DNA from: Candidatus Methylomirabilota bacterium
Lineage (GTDB): Bacteria > Methylomirabilota > Methylomirabilia > Rokubacteriales > CSP1-6
NCBI GenBank assembly: GCA_046727415.1
Contig: JBKPCO010000021.1
Span: forward strand, 34,052 to 98,051
Direction of reading: 5' to 3'
Length of the DNA stretch: 64,000 nt
Part shown: in pieces, positions 41,335 to 50,023 of the stretch
Layout of the letters: each line of letters opens with the position of its first letter
Numbering within the stretch: the first letter of the stretch is position 1
Notes under the pieces: generated by a model
Seen by the model: only the letters and a program-made list of their open reading frames with translations
Databases searched by the model: none
What the model was told of the DNA's origin: nothing
Made by a program: the position numbers and the translations under genes

Positions 41335-42141
41335 TCACCTGATCTCGGCGCTCTTGCGCGCCCACACCAGGAGGCTGGCGCCGCCGAGGAAGGTTCGCCG
41401 CATGTCCAGGACCGCAAACCCGGCCTGTCCGAGCCGTGCCGAGAATGTCGCCTCGTCCCAGTAATGCGGCCCGACGCGCTCGCGGGTCGCCTCGAAGATC
41501 GAGTTGAGCAGAATCCAGAGAAGACCCTGGAACGCCGCTGCCGGTCCGCCGCGCCGCGCGATCTCCCGCAGCGTCGGCCACTGCCCGATTCGCTGCGTGT
41601 GATTCACGAACACCGCGTACCCGCCGGGCTTGAGCACCCGATGCGCTTCCCGCAGGAGCCGCTCTGGCGCCGGGTGCGCGTAGAGCGCGTGGATGCTCAC
41701 GACCTGGTCGAACGCGCCGTCGCGGAACGCGTTACCGCGAGTGAGCTCTCCCTGTCGAAAGGCCAGGTTGGCCAGGTGTCGGGCGCGGCGCTTTCCCTTG
41801 GCCGATCCCACCAGCGGACCGTACGAGTCGAGGCCCGTCACGTTGAAGCCGGCCTCGGCCAGGGCACAGGCGAAATGGCCGGGGCCGCAGCCCACGTCCA
41901 GCACGCGGACCTCACGCCGCTCGAGGCGTGGGGGCACCGCCTTCTCGACCAGGTCGCGAACCTCGGCCTGGAGCCGTTGATAGTGGCTGAATCGCGGATA
42001 GACGTAGTCGTAGACCACGCCGTAACCGACTGCGAGCACGCGATCGAGCCAGCCACGGATCCCGCCGACGTTCCAGGTCATCGCCATTCCAGCCGATTCC
42101 GCCGTCATCGTCGCGAGCGCACCCTGACGTACCCGGTGCAT
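41335..42141 (-). CDS. Class I SAM-dependent methyltransferase, a paralog of the adjacent methyltransferase.
   Basis: VLDVGCGPGHFACALAEAG and LKPGGYAVF. It is collinear with the 40541..41254 product. The start is uncertain (M1, M12 or M19). Confidence 0.75.
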   Translation of the reverse strand: MHRVRQGALATMTAESAGMAMTWNVGGIRGWLDRVLAVGYGVVYDYVYPRFSHYQRLQAEVRDLVEKAVPPRLERREVRVLDVGCGPGHFACALAEAGFNVTGLDSYGPLVGSAKGKRRARHLANLAFRQGELTRGNAFRDGAFDQVVSIHALYAHPAPERLLREAHRVLKPGGYAVFVNHTQRIGQWPTLREIARRGGPAAAFQGLLWILLNSIFEATRERVGPHYWDEATFSARLGQAGFAVLDMRRTFLGGASLLVWARKSAEIR

Positions 42142-42144
42142 CCC

Positions 42145-42522
42145 CTACGCTTTGCCCGCGAGGACTTTGTCGACCGCCCCGCGCAACTCCGAAGGGGTAA
42201 ACGGCTTCAGCAGGATGTAGTCGAACCCCAGCCGCGTCGCCTCGTTGATGATGTCGGGGGTGCCGTGGGCGGTCATGAGCATGCAGGCCATACCTGGACG
42301 GAGCTGCCGCGCCTGCGCGAGGACCTCGAATCCGTTCATCCCCGGCATTTTGTAATCCACGACGAGGAGATCGAACGGCTCACTACTGACGAGCTCGACG
42401 GCCGTCTCGCCGCGATTGGCGGCACGGATCGAGTAGCCCAGTGCCTGCAAAACGTTGACGCACAGGATGACGACCGGACCGGCGTCGTCGACGACAAGGA
42501 TCTTGTGCCGGGTCGAGCCCAT
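42145..42522 (-). CDS. Single-domain CheY-like response regulator.
   Basis: 125 aa with KILVVDDAGP...LLVVDYKMPGMNG...LLKP. Confidence 0.85.
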   Translation of the reverse strand: MGSTRHKILVVDDAGPVVILCVNVLQALGYSIRAANRGETAVELVSSEPFDLLVVDYKMPGMNGFEVLAQARQLRPGMACMLMTAHGTPDIINEATRLGFDYILLKPFTPSELRGAVDKVLAGKA

Positions 42523-44075
42523 CAGCGAGCTGCCACCAGCGGCGCGGCCGGCCCGTCGGTGATGGCCACCGACCGGAGATCGAGATGGCGGCTGATCTGC
42601 TCCAGACGCGCCAGCGGGATCGTCGAGAATGCGTCGGCGGCGAGCGGATCGAACTGCGTGCCGGCGCCCCGCACGATCTCTTCCATCGCCGTCGCCAGCG
42701 GCCGCTTGCTTCGGTACGGGCGGTCAGAGGTCATCGCGTCGAACGCGTCCGCCACCGACACGACCCGGGCGATGAGCGGAATGTCGTCGCCCTTGAGCCC
42801 GTCGGGATAGCCCTTGCCGTCGTAGCGCTCGTGATGGTGACGGACGGCCTTGGCCTCGCAGGCGAGAAAGCGCAGCGGCTTGAGGATCTTGTCGCCGACC
42901 ACCGGATGGGTGCGGATCAGCTCGAACTCCTCCTCGGTCAGCTGGCGCGGCTTGCGGAGGATGTTGTCCATGATGACCAGCTTGCCGAGGTCGTGCAGCA
43001 TGCCGGCCCGGCTCATCAGCACAACGTCGGCCGGCGGCACGCCCATGACGGTGGCGAGCTCGCCCGAGTAGAGCGACACTCGCGCCGAGTGGCCCTTGAG
43101 GTACGGGTCCTTCGACTCGAGCGCGATCACGAAGGAGGAGATCGTGTCGATCAGATTCCGCTCGAGGTGCTCGCGCAGGAGGATCTTCTGCAGCGCGACC
43201 GCCGTGGTCTGCGCGTAGCCCAGCAGGAGCGCCTTCTCGTCAGGCAGGAAGGCACCGTTCTCGGCGCTGCGCCCGACGCACAGGATGCCCATCGCGTCGC
43301 CCACGCCCGGCACCAGCGCCGCCAGGCCCTCGAAACCATGCTCGGTTTTCGCCAAGACGAACGTCTCGCGGCCACCGGTCTTGACGACCTCACCGAACGA
43401 GGCATGCAGGAGCGCCAGAATCTGGCCGACCAACGACGGCTCACCCTTGCGGCTCGCGTTGAACTGCCCGCCCTGGTCCCGCAGCAGCATCAGCGCGCCG
43501 TCGCACCGGAGGCTCTTCATGGTGTACTCGAGCACCTTCTCCGCGAAGACACTGGGCTCGAGTCCCTGCAGCGCCACCTCGCCGATGCCCGAGATAGCCT
43601 CGACGCCGGCCTGCCGCCGCGCCAGCTCCTCCGTCAGCCCTGCCGGGTAGTTGACGTTGCCGTTGCCATCCGCTCGATCCCGCCGGACCCGCTCGATGAG
43701 GTCCTTCACCTCGGTGACCGAGAACGGCTTGGGCAGGTAGTCGTACGCGCCGTGGCGCAGCCCGAAGACGGCAGAGTTGACCGACGGCACCCCGGTGATC
43801 AGCACGACGGGCGTGCTGGGCTGCTTGCCTTTGACCGCGCGGAGCAGGTCGAGACCGCTCAGCCCCGGCATCTTGATGTCGGAGACGACGAGGTCGAAGG
43901 GATCGTCGCCCAGCTGCTCGAGCGCCTGCTCGGCGGTCGACGCGGTGGTGACCTGACAGTTGTTCGACGAGAACGCCGAAGCCAGGAATCGCAGGACCGA
44001 CGCGTTGTCGTCCACGAGCAGGACGCGCAGCCGTTCGGTCTGCGCTCCGGCCGGGACCGCAGTCTGGCCTTCCAT
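42522..44075 (-). CDS. Response regulator with REC, GAF and HD-GYP domains (c-di-GMP phosphodiesterase type).
   Basis: REC (LRVLLVDDNASV...DIKMPGLSG), a central GAF-like region, and C-terminal HD-GYP motifs (GHSARVSLYS, HDLGK, HHERYDGKGYP). The start is the ATG at 44075. Confidence 0.85.
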   Translation of the reverse strand: MEGQTAVPAGAQTERLRVLLVDDNASVLRFLASAFSSNNCQVTTASTAEQALEQLGDDPFDLVVSDIKMPGLSGLDLLRAVKGKQPSTPVVLITGVPSVNSAVFGLRHGAYDYLPKPFSVTEVKDLIERVRRDRADGNGNVNYPAGLTEELARRQAGVEAISGIGEVALQGLEPSVFAEKVLEYTMKSLRCDGALMLLRDQGGQFNASRKGEPSLVGQILALLHASFGEVVKTGGRETFVLAKTEHGFEGLAALVPGVGDAMGILCVGRSAENGAFLPDEKALLLGYAQTTAVALQKILLREHLERNLIDTISSFVIALESKDPYLKGHSARVSLYSGELATVMGVPPADVVLMSRAGMLHDLGKLVIMDNILRKPRQLTEEEFELIRTHPVVGDKILKPLRFLACEAKAVRHHHERYDGKGYPDGLKGDDIPLIARVVSVADAFDAMTSDRPYRSKRPLATAMEEIVRGAGTQFDPLAADAFSTIPLARLEQISRHLDLRSVAITDGPAAPLVAAR

Positions 44076-44095
44076 TTCAGCTGACAAGGGTTCCC

Positions 44096-45562
44096 CTACT
44101 TGGTCGCGCCGAGCTGGCTCAGGAACTCCAGCCACTGGCGAGACAGACCGTCCTTCGGAAAGCTCAGCGATTCGAGCTCGGGACGGTCGTCGACTTCGAG
44201 AGCCGCCTTGGTCGGGCTGGGCTGCGCCGGCGCCGGCTGGGCGGCGACCGGAGCGGCAGCGACCGCCGGGGCAGGAGCCTCGGCCGGCGACGGGCTCTTC
44301 GTCGCCTGCGTGAAGAAGTGCGGCTTGTTGCCGTTGGGCTGGGCCTGGGCCTTCGCCCACACGGGCGGAGTCTGCGCTGAAGCCACCGGAGTCGGTACCG
44401 GGGCCGCCGGGATGACCGTGGGCTCGGCGGGCGCGAGCGATTGCGGCGCCGGCGCGCTCACGGGAGCCGCCGCCGCGACCGGTGCGCTCACCGGCTTGGC
44501 GTCCTGGATTACCGCGACAGGCGTCGGCGATTCTGTCGGGGTCACGAGGGCGGGCGTCGGTGCCGCTTGGGCCACGTGTCCGTTCGTTGCCGTGTCGGCG
44601 ACCGCGAGGGAAGCGGTCGACTGGATCGGCTCGAGCTGAAGCGCCGGCGCTGGCTTCACCGGGTCCGGGGTCGGCGGCTCAGGCGCGATAGCGGTGGGCG
44701 CCACCGACACCGCGGGAACTGGCTCGACCACGAGCTTTACGCTCTGATACTCCTGGACGGCCGGTTGCCCGGCGACGACCGGGACAGCGGGCGGCGCGAC
44801 GACAGTCGGCAGCGCCTCCGGCTCGACGGATTCGATCGCCTCGGCGACGGGCGGCTGGGCGGCTTCAACCGGCGTCGCCACTTCCTCGACAACCGGCTTC
44901 AAGGCTTCGGCCGTGATGGCCCTGATCGCCTCGGTCACCGACGGCCGGACCGGCTGTGTGACCACGACCCGCTGAGGAGCCTCGATCACCGCGGGCCGGA
45001 CCACTTCGGATCTCACCGGCTCGCTGACTGGCTCGACGTGGGCCGCAGGCGCGACGACTGGCGCCGGGGCCGGAGCCTCCGCCGGAGAATCAGCGGGGGC
45101 CTTCCGGAGCCGCTCGACGTGATCGAAGAAGACGACCGATTCGCCGTTGACCTCGAGATGACGGAACTCGAGGCAATCGATCTCAAGGAAGCTGAGCTGC
45201 TTGATCCGGCGGAGGAACGAATCAGTCAGCCGCTCCACGATGAAGAGGATCCGGGGCGGCCGGGTTGTCGAGACCTGGGCCATCGGGTAGAGACGGCGGA
45301 CCGTGTCGGGAAACTCGAGACACCAGGAATAGGCATCCATCACGCGGAGCAGCAGGCCCTCGTGGGCCGTGAAGTCGAGCGCGATCAGCGCGAGCGAGCC
45401 GCGCGAATCCAGCCCGACGAGGTCGATGGCGGCCTGGCCGAGAAGCAAGCGCGAGTCGACAACCTTCAAGCCGGGCTCGATGCCCTCGACGTTGTCGGCG
45501 ATCAGCTTCTCCAACTGGCCGATATCTTTCACTTCAAGCTTCCTGAAGGTCGGTCTCATCAT
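44096..45562 (-). CDS. Hypothetical protein with an N-terminal NucS/PD-(D/E)xK-like (degenerate) domain and a long Pro/Ala/Val-rich low-complexity region.
   Basis: The N-terminal 150 aa resemble the NucS/DUF91 fold pattern (IEPGLKVVDSRLLLGQAAIDLVGLDSRGSLALIALDF), but the catalytic acids are replaced. About 300 aa of PAPAP/PVxxA repeats follow, then a short conserved C-terminus. A sigma-54 promoter candidate lies upstream. Confidence 0.6.
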   Translation of the reverse strand: MMRPTFRKLEVKDIGQLEKLIADNVEGIEPGLKVVDSRLLLGQAAIDLVGLDSRGSLALIALDFTAHEGLLLRVMDAYSWCLEFPDTVRRLYPMAQVSTTRPPRILFIVERLTDSFLRRIKQLSFLEIDCLEFRHLEVNGESVVFFDHVERLRKAPADSPAEAPAPAPVVAPAAHVEPVSEPVRSEVVRPAVIEAPQRVVVTQPVRPSVTEAIRAITAEALKPVVEEVATPVEAAQPPVAEAIESVEPEALPTVVAPPAVPVVAGQPAVQEYQSVKLVVEPVPAVSVAPTAIAPEPPTPDPVKPAPALQLEPIQSTASLAVADTATNGHVAQAAPTPALVTPTESPTPVAVIQDAKPVSAPVAAAAPVSAPAPQSLAPAEPTVIPAAPVPTPVASAQTPPVWAKAQAQPNGNKPHFFTQATKSPSPAEAPAPAVAAAPVAAQPAPAQPSPTKAALEVDDRPELESLSFPKDGLSRQWLEFLSQLGATK

Positions 45563-45606
45563 CGTCTCCCCTGGCCGATTCGGTCGAAAACTCGCGATCT
45601 AATAAA

Positions 45607-45621
45607 GCAAACCAGGGACCA
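45607..45621 (-). promoter_or_regulatory. Candidate sigma-54 (-24/-12) promoter for the 44096..45562 gene.
   Basis: The minus strand reads TGGTCCCTGGTTTGC. The GG(-24) and GC(-12) are spaced exactly as in TGGCACG-N4-TTGC. It lies about 45 nt upstream of the ATG, with a GGGGAG Shine-Dalgarno in between, and directly downstream of an NtrC-family activator gene. Confidence 0.4.
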
Positions 45622-45828
45622 AGGGCCTGGAGATACGCAAGTAGCTGGGAAACATGACGATTCGAGATTTCCGGGTGACCCCTGGGTTGGCTGATTAGTT
45701 TCCAAGATTCGCCGGGCCTCGCGATGACCTTTCCGGAAAGAATTTAAATTCACACACTTGGAAGACTCCAGGAGCCCTGGTCCGGGTTGGCGACGAACTG
45801 ACCAGTGGCGATGGAATGAGCGTGCCGG

Positions 45829-47178
45829 TCACGCTTCCATCAGCTTCTTCCGGAGAGTTTGTCGTGAAATCCCAAGGATTTTTGCCGCTTTGCTCTTGTT
45901 GGACTCTACGCGCTGCATGATCTGGGCGATGTAGGCGCGCTCGACCTCGGCCAGCGTTCGGGGCTCGTCGCCGGTCTGCTGCGCCACGACAGGTTGGCGA
46001 ACCTGCGTGGCGAACTGCACCGGCATATGCGCGGGCTCGATGAAATCCGAACTGCCGAGGATGACGAGGCGCTCGATCAGATTCCTCAGCTCCCGGACGT
46101 TGCCCGGCCACTGGTAGCCCAGCATCAGCCGTTCGGCCTCGGGCGTGAATCCCTTGATCGATTTGTGGAAGCGCGTGTTCGCGTCCAGGACGAAATGCCG
46201 GGCCAGTGGCAGGATGTCTTCGCGGCGCTCGCGCAGCGGCGAAATGTAGATCGGGATCACGTTGAGCCGGTAGAAGAGATCTTCGCGGAACTGTCCGTCC
46301 TTCACGCGCGTCTCGAGCGGCCGATTCGTCGCGGCGATGATCCGGAGATCAACCTTGATGTCGCGCGTGCCGCCCACGCGCCGCAGAACACGCTCCTGCA
46401 AGACGCGGAGGAACTTCGCCTGGCTGTTGAGCGACATCTCGCTGACCTCGTCGAGGAACAGCGTGCCGCGATCGGCCATCTCCATCAGCCCCTTCTTCGA
46501 GGCCTTGGCGTCCGTGAAGGCGCCTTTCTCGTGGCCGAACAGCTCGCTCTCGAAGAGGGTCTCGGTGATCGCGGCGCAGTTGACCTCCATAAACGGGAAA
46601 TCGCGTCGCGAGCTCTCATAGTGCAGGCCGCGCGCCACCAACTCCTTGCCGGTGCCGCTCTCGCCGTGGATCAGGATCGTCGCCGCCTCGCTCCGCGCCA
46701 GCTTGCTGATGAGATCGCGGAGCCGGCGCGTGCCCTCGGACTCGCCGATCAGCTGGTCGACCCGATATTCCTTCTCCTGCAGCCGGTGCAGACGCTGGAT
46801 CTCGCGCCTGGCGCGGACTTCCTCGAGCGCGCGCGCGACAGCCAGCTTGAGCTTGTCGAGGTGTTCGAACGGCTTTTCGAGATAATCGGTGGCGCCGGCC
46901 TTCATCGCCTCCACGGCGCTCTGGATCTGACCGAATCCGGTGATGATGATCACCGCGATCTCGGCGTGCCGTCCCTTGAGCGCGCGCAGGACCTCGATGC
47001 CGTCCATGTCCGGGAGCCGGAGGTCGAGGAGCACCAGGTCAGGGCTCACTTCGTCGGCGGTCTGGAGGCCTTCCTTGCCCGTCCCGACCCCGTGGACTTC
47101 GACCTGGTCCCCGGCCAGCACCCGTGAGCAGAGCGTACGAATGTTCCGTTCGTCGTCGACGACCAGGATGTTGTCCAT
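45829..47178 (-). CDS. Sigma-54-dependent Fis-family response regulator (NtrC-like).
   Basis: REC domain, AAA+ sigma-54 activation domain (GESGTGKE, the GAFTGA-like loop in ESELFGHEKGAFTDA) and a C-terminal Fis HTH (AAKILGISRQTLRKKL). Confidence 0.9.
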   Translation of the reverse strand: MDNILVVDDERNIRTLCSRVLAGDQVEVHGVGTGKEGLQTADEVSPDLVLLDLRLPDMDGIEVLRALKGRHAEIAVIIITGFGQIQSAVEAMKAGATDYLEKPFEHLDKLKLAVARALEEVRARREIQRLHRLQEKEYRVDQLIGESEGTRRLRDLISKLARSEAATILIHGESGTGKELVARGLHYESSRRDFPFMEVNCAAITETLFESELFGHEKGAFTDAKASKKGLMEMADRGTLFLDEVSEMSLNSQAKFLRVLQERVLRRVGGTRDIKVDLRIIAATNRPLETRVKDGQFREDLFYRLNVIPIYISPLRERREDILPLARHFVLDANTRFHKSIKGFTPEAERLMLGYQWPGNVRELRNLIERLVILGSSDFIEPAHMPVQFATQVRQPVVAQQTGDEPRTLAEVERAYIAQIMQRVESNKSKAAKILGISRQTLRKKLMEA

Positions 47179-47311
47179 ATTGCTAAAATAGCGGGAATTT
47201 CCTGCAGGCTGCGCCCAATTTCTTACCAGCCGAGAAGCCCCTGCTCGCTGTATCTGGGCGACGTGAAGCCCCTACTGGCTGGACCGCGAGAACGAGCGCC
47301 GCGCCTTCCGA

Positions 47312-48229
47312 TTACTCCTTGATCATCTGCTGCCGGCGCCGGAGATAGGCGTTCCGGACAGCGCTGTAGAGATCGACCACGCTTTCCTCGAAGCCCTGGA
47401 ACAGCTCGAGGTTCAGGGCTCGATCGTTGACGATCTCCACGGCCTTCATGGTGATCGAGATCCAGAAGGCCGGACCGACCCAGGTGAGCGGATTCATGGC
47501 CGCATCGACGCCCCGGCCGATGCCGTCGCGGATCGTCATCGGCTCCAACAGAGGCAAGATGAGGTAGGGGCCGGCGGGAACGCCCCATACACCAAGTGTC
47601 TGCCCGAAGTCCTCACGGCTCTTCTCGATCCCCCAGTACTTCGCCGCGTCGAAGAGCCCGCCGATGCCCAGCGTGCTGTTGATCAGGAACCGTCCCAGCT
47701 CGCGTGCGGTGCCGCCCCACTTTCCCTGGAGCAAGCTGTTGGCGGCGCGCGGCACGAAGGCGATGTTGTCGAAGCCATTGGCGATCAGGATCTCGAACGG
47801 CTCGGGCACAATCACCCGGTAAATCTTCGCCACCGGTTTCAGGACGAACCGATCGAGCTGTCGGTTCACCTCGAACATCGCCTCGTTGAACTTCTCGAAG
47901 GGGTCGTATTCCTCGTCGCTCTCGGGCTCAGGCTTCTCGGCCGGCGCCGCTTCGGGCTTTTCGGCCGGCGCGCGCTCGGCCTGAGCGATCGTCGGCAAGG
48001 CCGGCGCGCCGTCGTCGCTCGCGTCCACCCCGAACGAGAGGACCGCGTCGGTGGGGTCGAGCTCGGCGTCAGTAGCGAGACGGCAGGCGGACTCGGATTC
48101 CGCGCCGGACGGCGCATCGATTGAGGGGGGCCGCGACGACTCGGCCAGCAGCGCCGAGTCCGTCCTGACCACACCCGAGAGGCTGCCGCATCCGCCGAGC
48201 ACCGCCGCGGCGATCAGGACGCGGAGAAC
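47312..48229 (-). CDS. mlaA: MlaA/VacJ-family outer-membrane lipoprotein. The start codon is uncertain.
   Basis: A lipobox (AAAVLGGCGS) and MlaA blocks (PFEKFNEAMFEVN, NSTLGIGGLFD) are present. A GGAGGG Shine-Dalgarno precedes VLRVLIAAAVLGGC, but the codon there is GTT. The nearest canonical in-frame start (GTG at 48349) adds 40 non-signal residues through AT-rich, promoter-like DNA. Confidence 0.6.
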   Translation of the reverse strand, partial: VLRVLIAAAVLGGCGSLSGVVRTDSALLAESSRPPSIDAPSGAESESACRLATDAELDPTDAVLSFGVDASDDGAPALPTIAQAERAPAEKPEAAPAEKPEPESDEEYDPFEKFNEAMFEVNRQLDRFVLKPVAKIYRVIVPEPFEILIANGFDNIAFVPRAANSLLQGKWGGTARELGRFLINSTLGIGGLFDAAKYWGIEKSREDFGQTLGVWGVPAGPYLILPLLEPMTIRDGIGRGVDAAMNPLTWVGPAFWISITMKAVEIVNDRALNLELFQGFEESVVDLYSAVRNAYLRRRQQMIKE

Positions 48230-48477
48230 GGAGAGCCCTCCCTTCGAATGACCTGCATGGATAGGTGAGGCGAGATATCGGCTATCGCGTGCTATCGATA
48301 GAGCGACTATATCTTGGAACCGGAACGTGCCAGACAGAATTCGCGTCACGGTCGGGCAGCCATCGAATTTTCGCGGTTCGTATTGTAACGACGCGGCTCC
48401 TGGCGTATGTTAGTCAAGCGCGATTCATTCGAGCATCGTCCCGATCCACACCGCGACCGTCCGAGCGAGGAGATGAC

Positions 48478-48708
48478 GTGAGCCGAAGCCGAGCGCGCGA
48501 ATTCTGGTGTAGCGTCGTGTCGGAGACCGTCCAGATCCGGCTCCGGCGCCCCGGCGGGTTCGGGCGGCCGCAGGGCTACTTCGTGCAGTGCAATCAGGCG
48601 GACTGCCAGTACGTCGACGAGAACAAGCCCCCCTGCCCGCTCACCCCAGCGATGTTCGCGGACGAGATCAAGGCTGCCGAGGAAGCCCGCGCGCAGCGAA
48701 GCGAGTAG
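48478..48708 (+). CDS. Hypothetical small Cys-containing protein (76 aa).
   Basis: A GTG start with a GAGGAG Shine-Dalgarno 5 nt upstream. Four Cys residues (WCSVV, QCNQADCQ, PPCP) suggest a small metal-binding fold. The upstream part of ORF 48265..48708 runs through a promoter-like region. Confidence 0.4.
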   Translation: MSRSRAREFWCSVVSETVQIRLRRPGGFGRPQGYFVQCNQADCQYVDENKPPCPLTPAMFADEIKAAEEARAQRSE

Positions 48709-48726
48709 CGCTTCCCGGGTCGTTCC

Positions 48727-49971
48727 TCAGCTGACCCCGTTCAGCACGTAATCGAATAGATCGAAGTTCCTCAGATCGTCGGCGTGGGCCAGGCGCTCAC
48801 GGTGCGCGTCAGCGAGCGGCCGATTGATCACAAAGGGCACCGTCTGCTCCGACACGCCGCCGTGCGAACGCAGCGGCTCCTCCAGCAGCGAGAGATCGTG
48901 CTCCTCGGCGGATTTCCCGAGAACCGTGTGCGTCTCGCCGATGACGATCAGGTCGCCGACGCGGTCGCGTGGCAGCTCGAATCGGGCCGAGCCGGTCGGG
49001 TTGTCATAGACCTCGGCGACGCCTGGCGTCACCGCGAGCCGCGCCGCCACCTCGGTCGTCCGGGTCGCATCGTCAAGGTACACCGTGGCGAACGAGCCGA
49101 GCGCGCCGTGATGGACCACGTACGGATCTGTGATCGGCAGGATGACCCGCGCGCGCCCAGGCCCGACAATGGCGTCGAGGAGCGGACGGAGATACACGAC
49201 CCGCGGCGCGCCATCAGGGCCGGACTTGGCGTTCATGCCGTGGTCCGCCGTGATACCGAGCACCGCGCCCGCGTGATCGAAGGCGTCGAAGTAGCGGTCG
49301 AGCATCGCGTAGAACTCGGTGGCGGCCGGCGCGCCGGGCGCGTGCTTGTGCTGGACGTAGTCGGTGAGCGAGAGGTACATCGCGTCGGGCCGCTCCCGCC
49401 TGAGCAGCGCGAGCCCCGCTGCCAGCACGTACTCGGACAGCTCGGCGCTGTACACCGAGGGCACTGGCATGGCCACGAGGTCCGTGGCGCGCTCGATGCC
49501 GTGTTCACCTTTGGTCGTCTGGTCGGCGCGCTCCGACGAGAAGCAAACGCCGCGCATGCCGTAGCCCAGGAGTCGCCGCAGCTTGTCCTTGGCGGTGACG
49601 ACCGCCACCCGCGACCCGGCCTGTGAGAGCGCCGCCAGAAGGGTGTCGCAGCGCAGGAACTTCGGGTCGTTCATCATGACTTCCTGACCCGTCGCGGGGT
49701 CGTAGAAGTAGTTGCCCGAGATCCCGTGGATCGCGGGCGGGACGCCGGTGACGATCGAGAGGTTGTTCGGATTGGTGAAGCTCGGCACCACGCACCGCGC
49801 GAGCCGGTACACGCCGTCGCGCCTGAAGCGGGCGAGACCGGGCGCCACGTCCCGCGCGAGCGCCTCGTCGAAGTAGGCGGGCTCAGAGCCATCGATGCAG
49901 ACGACGACCACCGGGCGGTCGGGCACGCGGTAGCGGCGTCCGTTGACGGAGACCGAGGCGACGGAGCTCAT
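48727..49971 (-). CDS. phnA: Phosphonoacetate hydrolase (alkaline phosphatase superfamily).
   Basis: About 414 aa with near-collinear PhnA-family blocks: VSVNGRRYRV, VVVVCIDGSEPAYF, CVVPSFTNPNNLSIVTG, AVVTAKDKLRRLLG, TDYVQHKHAPG, ITADHGMN, PITDPYVVHHGALGS and SHGGVSEQ. Confidence 0.85.
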   Translation of the reverse strand: MSSVASVSVNGRRYRVPDRPVVVVCIDGSEPAYFDEALARDVAPGLARFRRDGVYRLARCVVPSFTNPNNLSIVTGVPPAIHGISGNYFYDPATGQEVMMNDPKFLRCDTLLAALSQAGSRVAVVTAKDKLRRLLGYGMRGVCFSSERADQTTKGEHGIERATDLVAMPVPSVYSAELSEYVLAAGLALLRRERPDAMYLSLTDYVQHKHAPGAPAATEFYAMLDRYFDAFDHAGAVLGITADHGMNAKSGPDGAPRVVYLRPLLDAIVGPGRARVILPITDPYVVHHGALGSFATVYLDDATRTTEVAARLAVTPGVAEVYDNPTGSARFELPRDRVGDLIVIGETHTVLGKSAEEHDLSLLEEPLRSHGGVSEQTVPFVINRPLADAHRERLAHADDLRNFDLFDYVLNGVS

Positions 49972-50023
49972 GAGCGCCACCGATACTACGGCGCGACGCG
50001 CTCCGAGAAAAGCGCTTTCGGAT

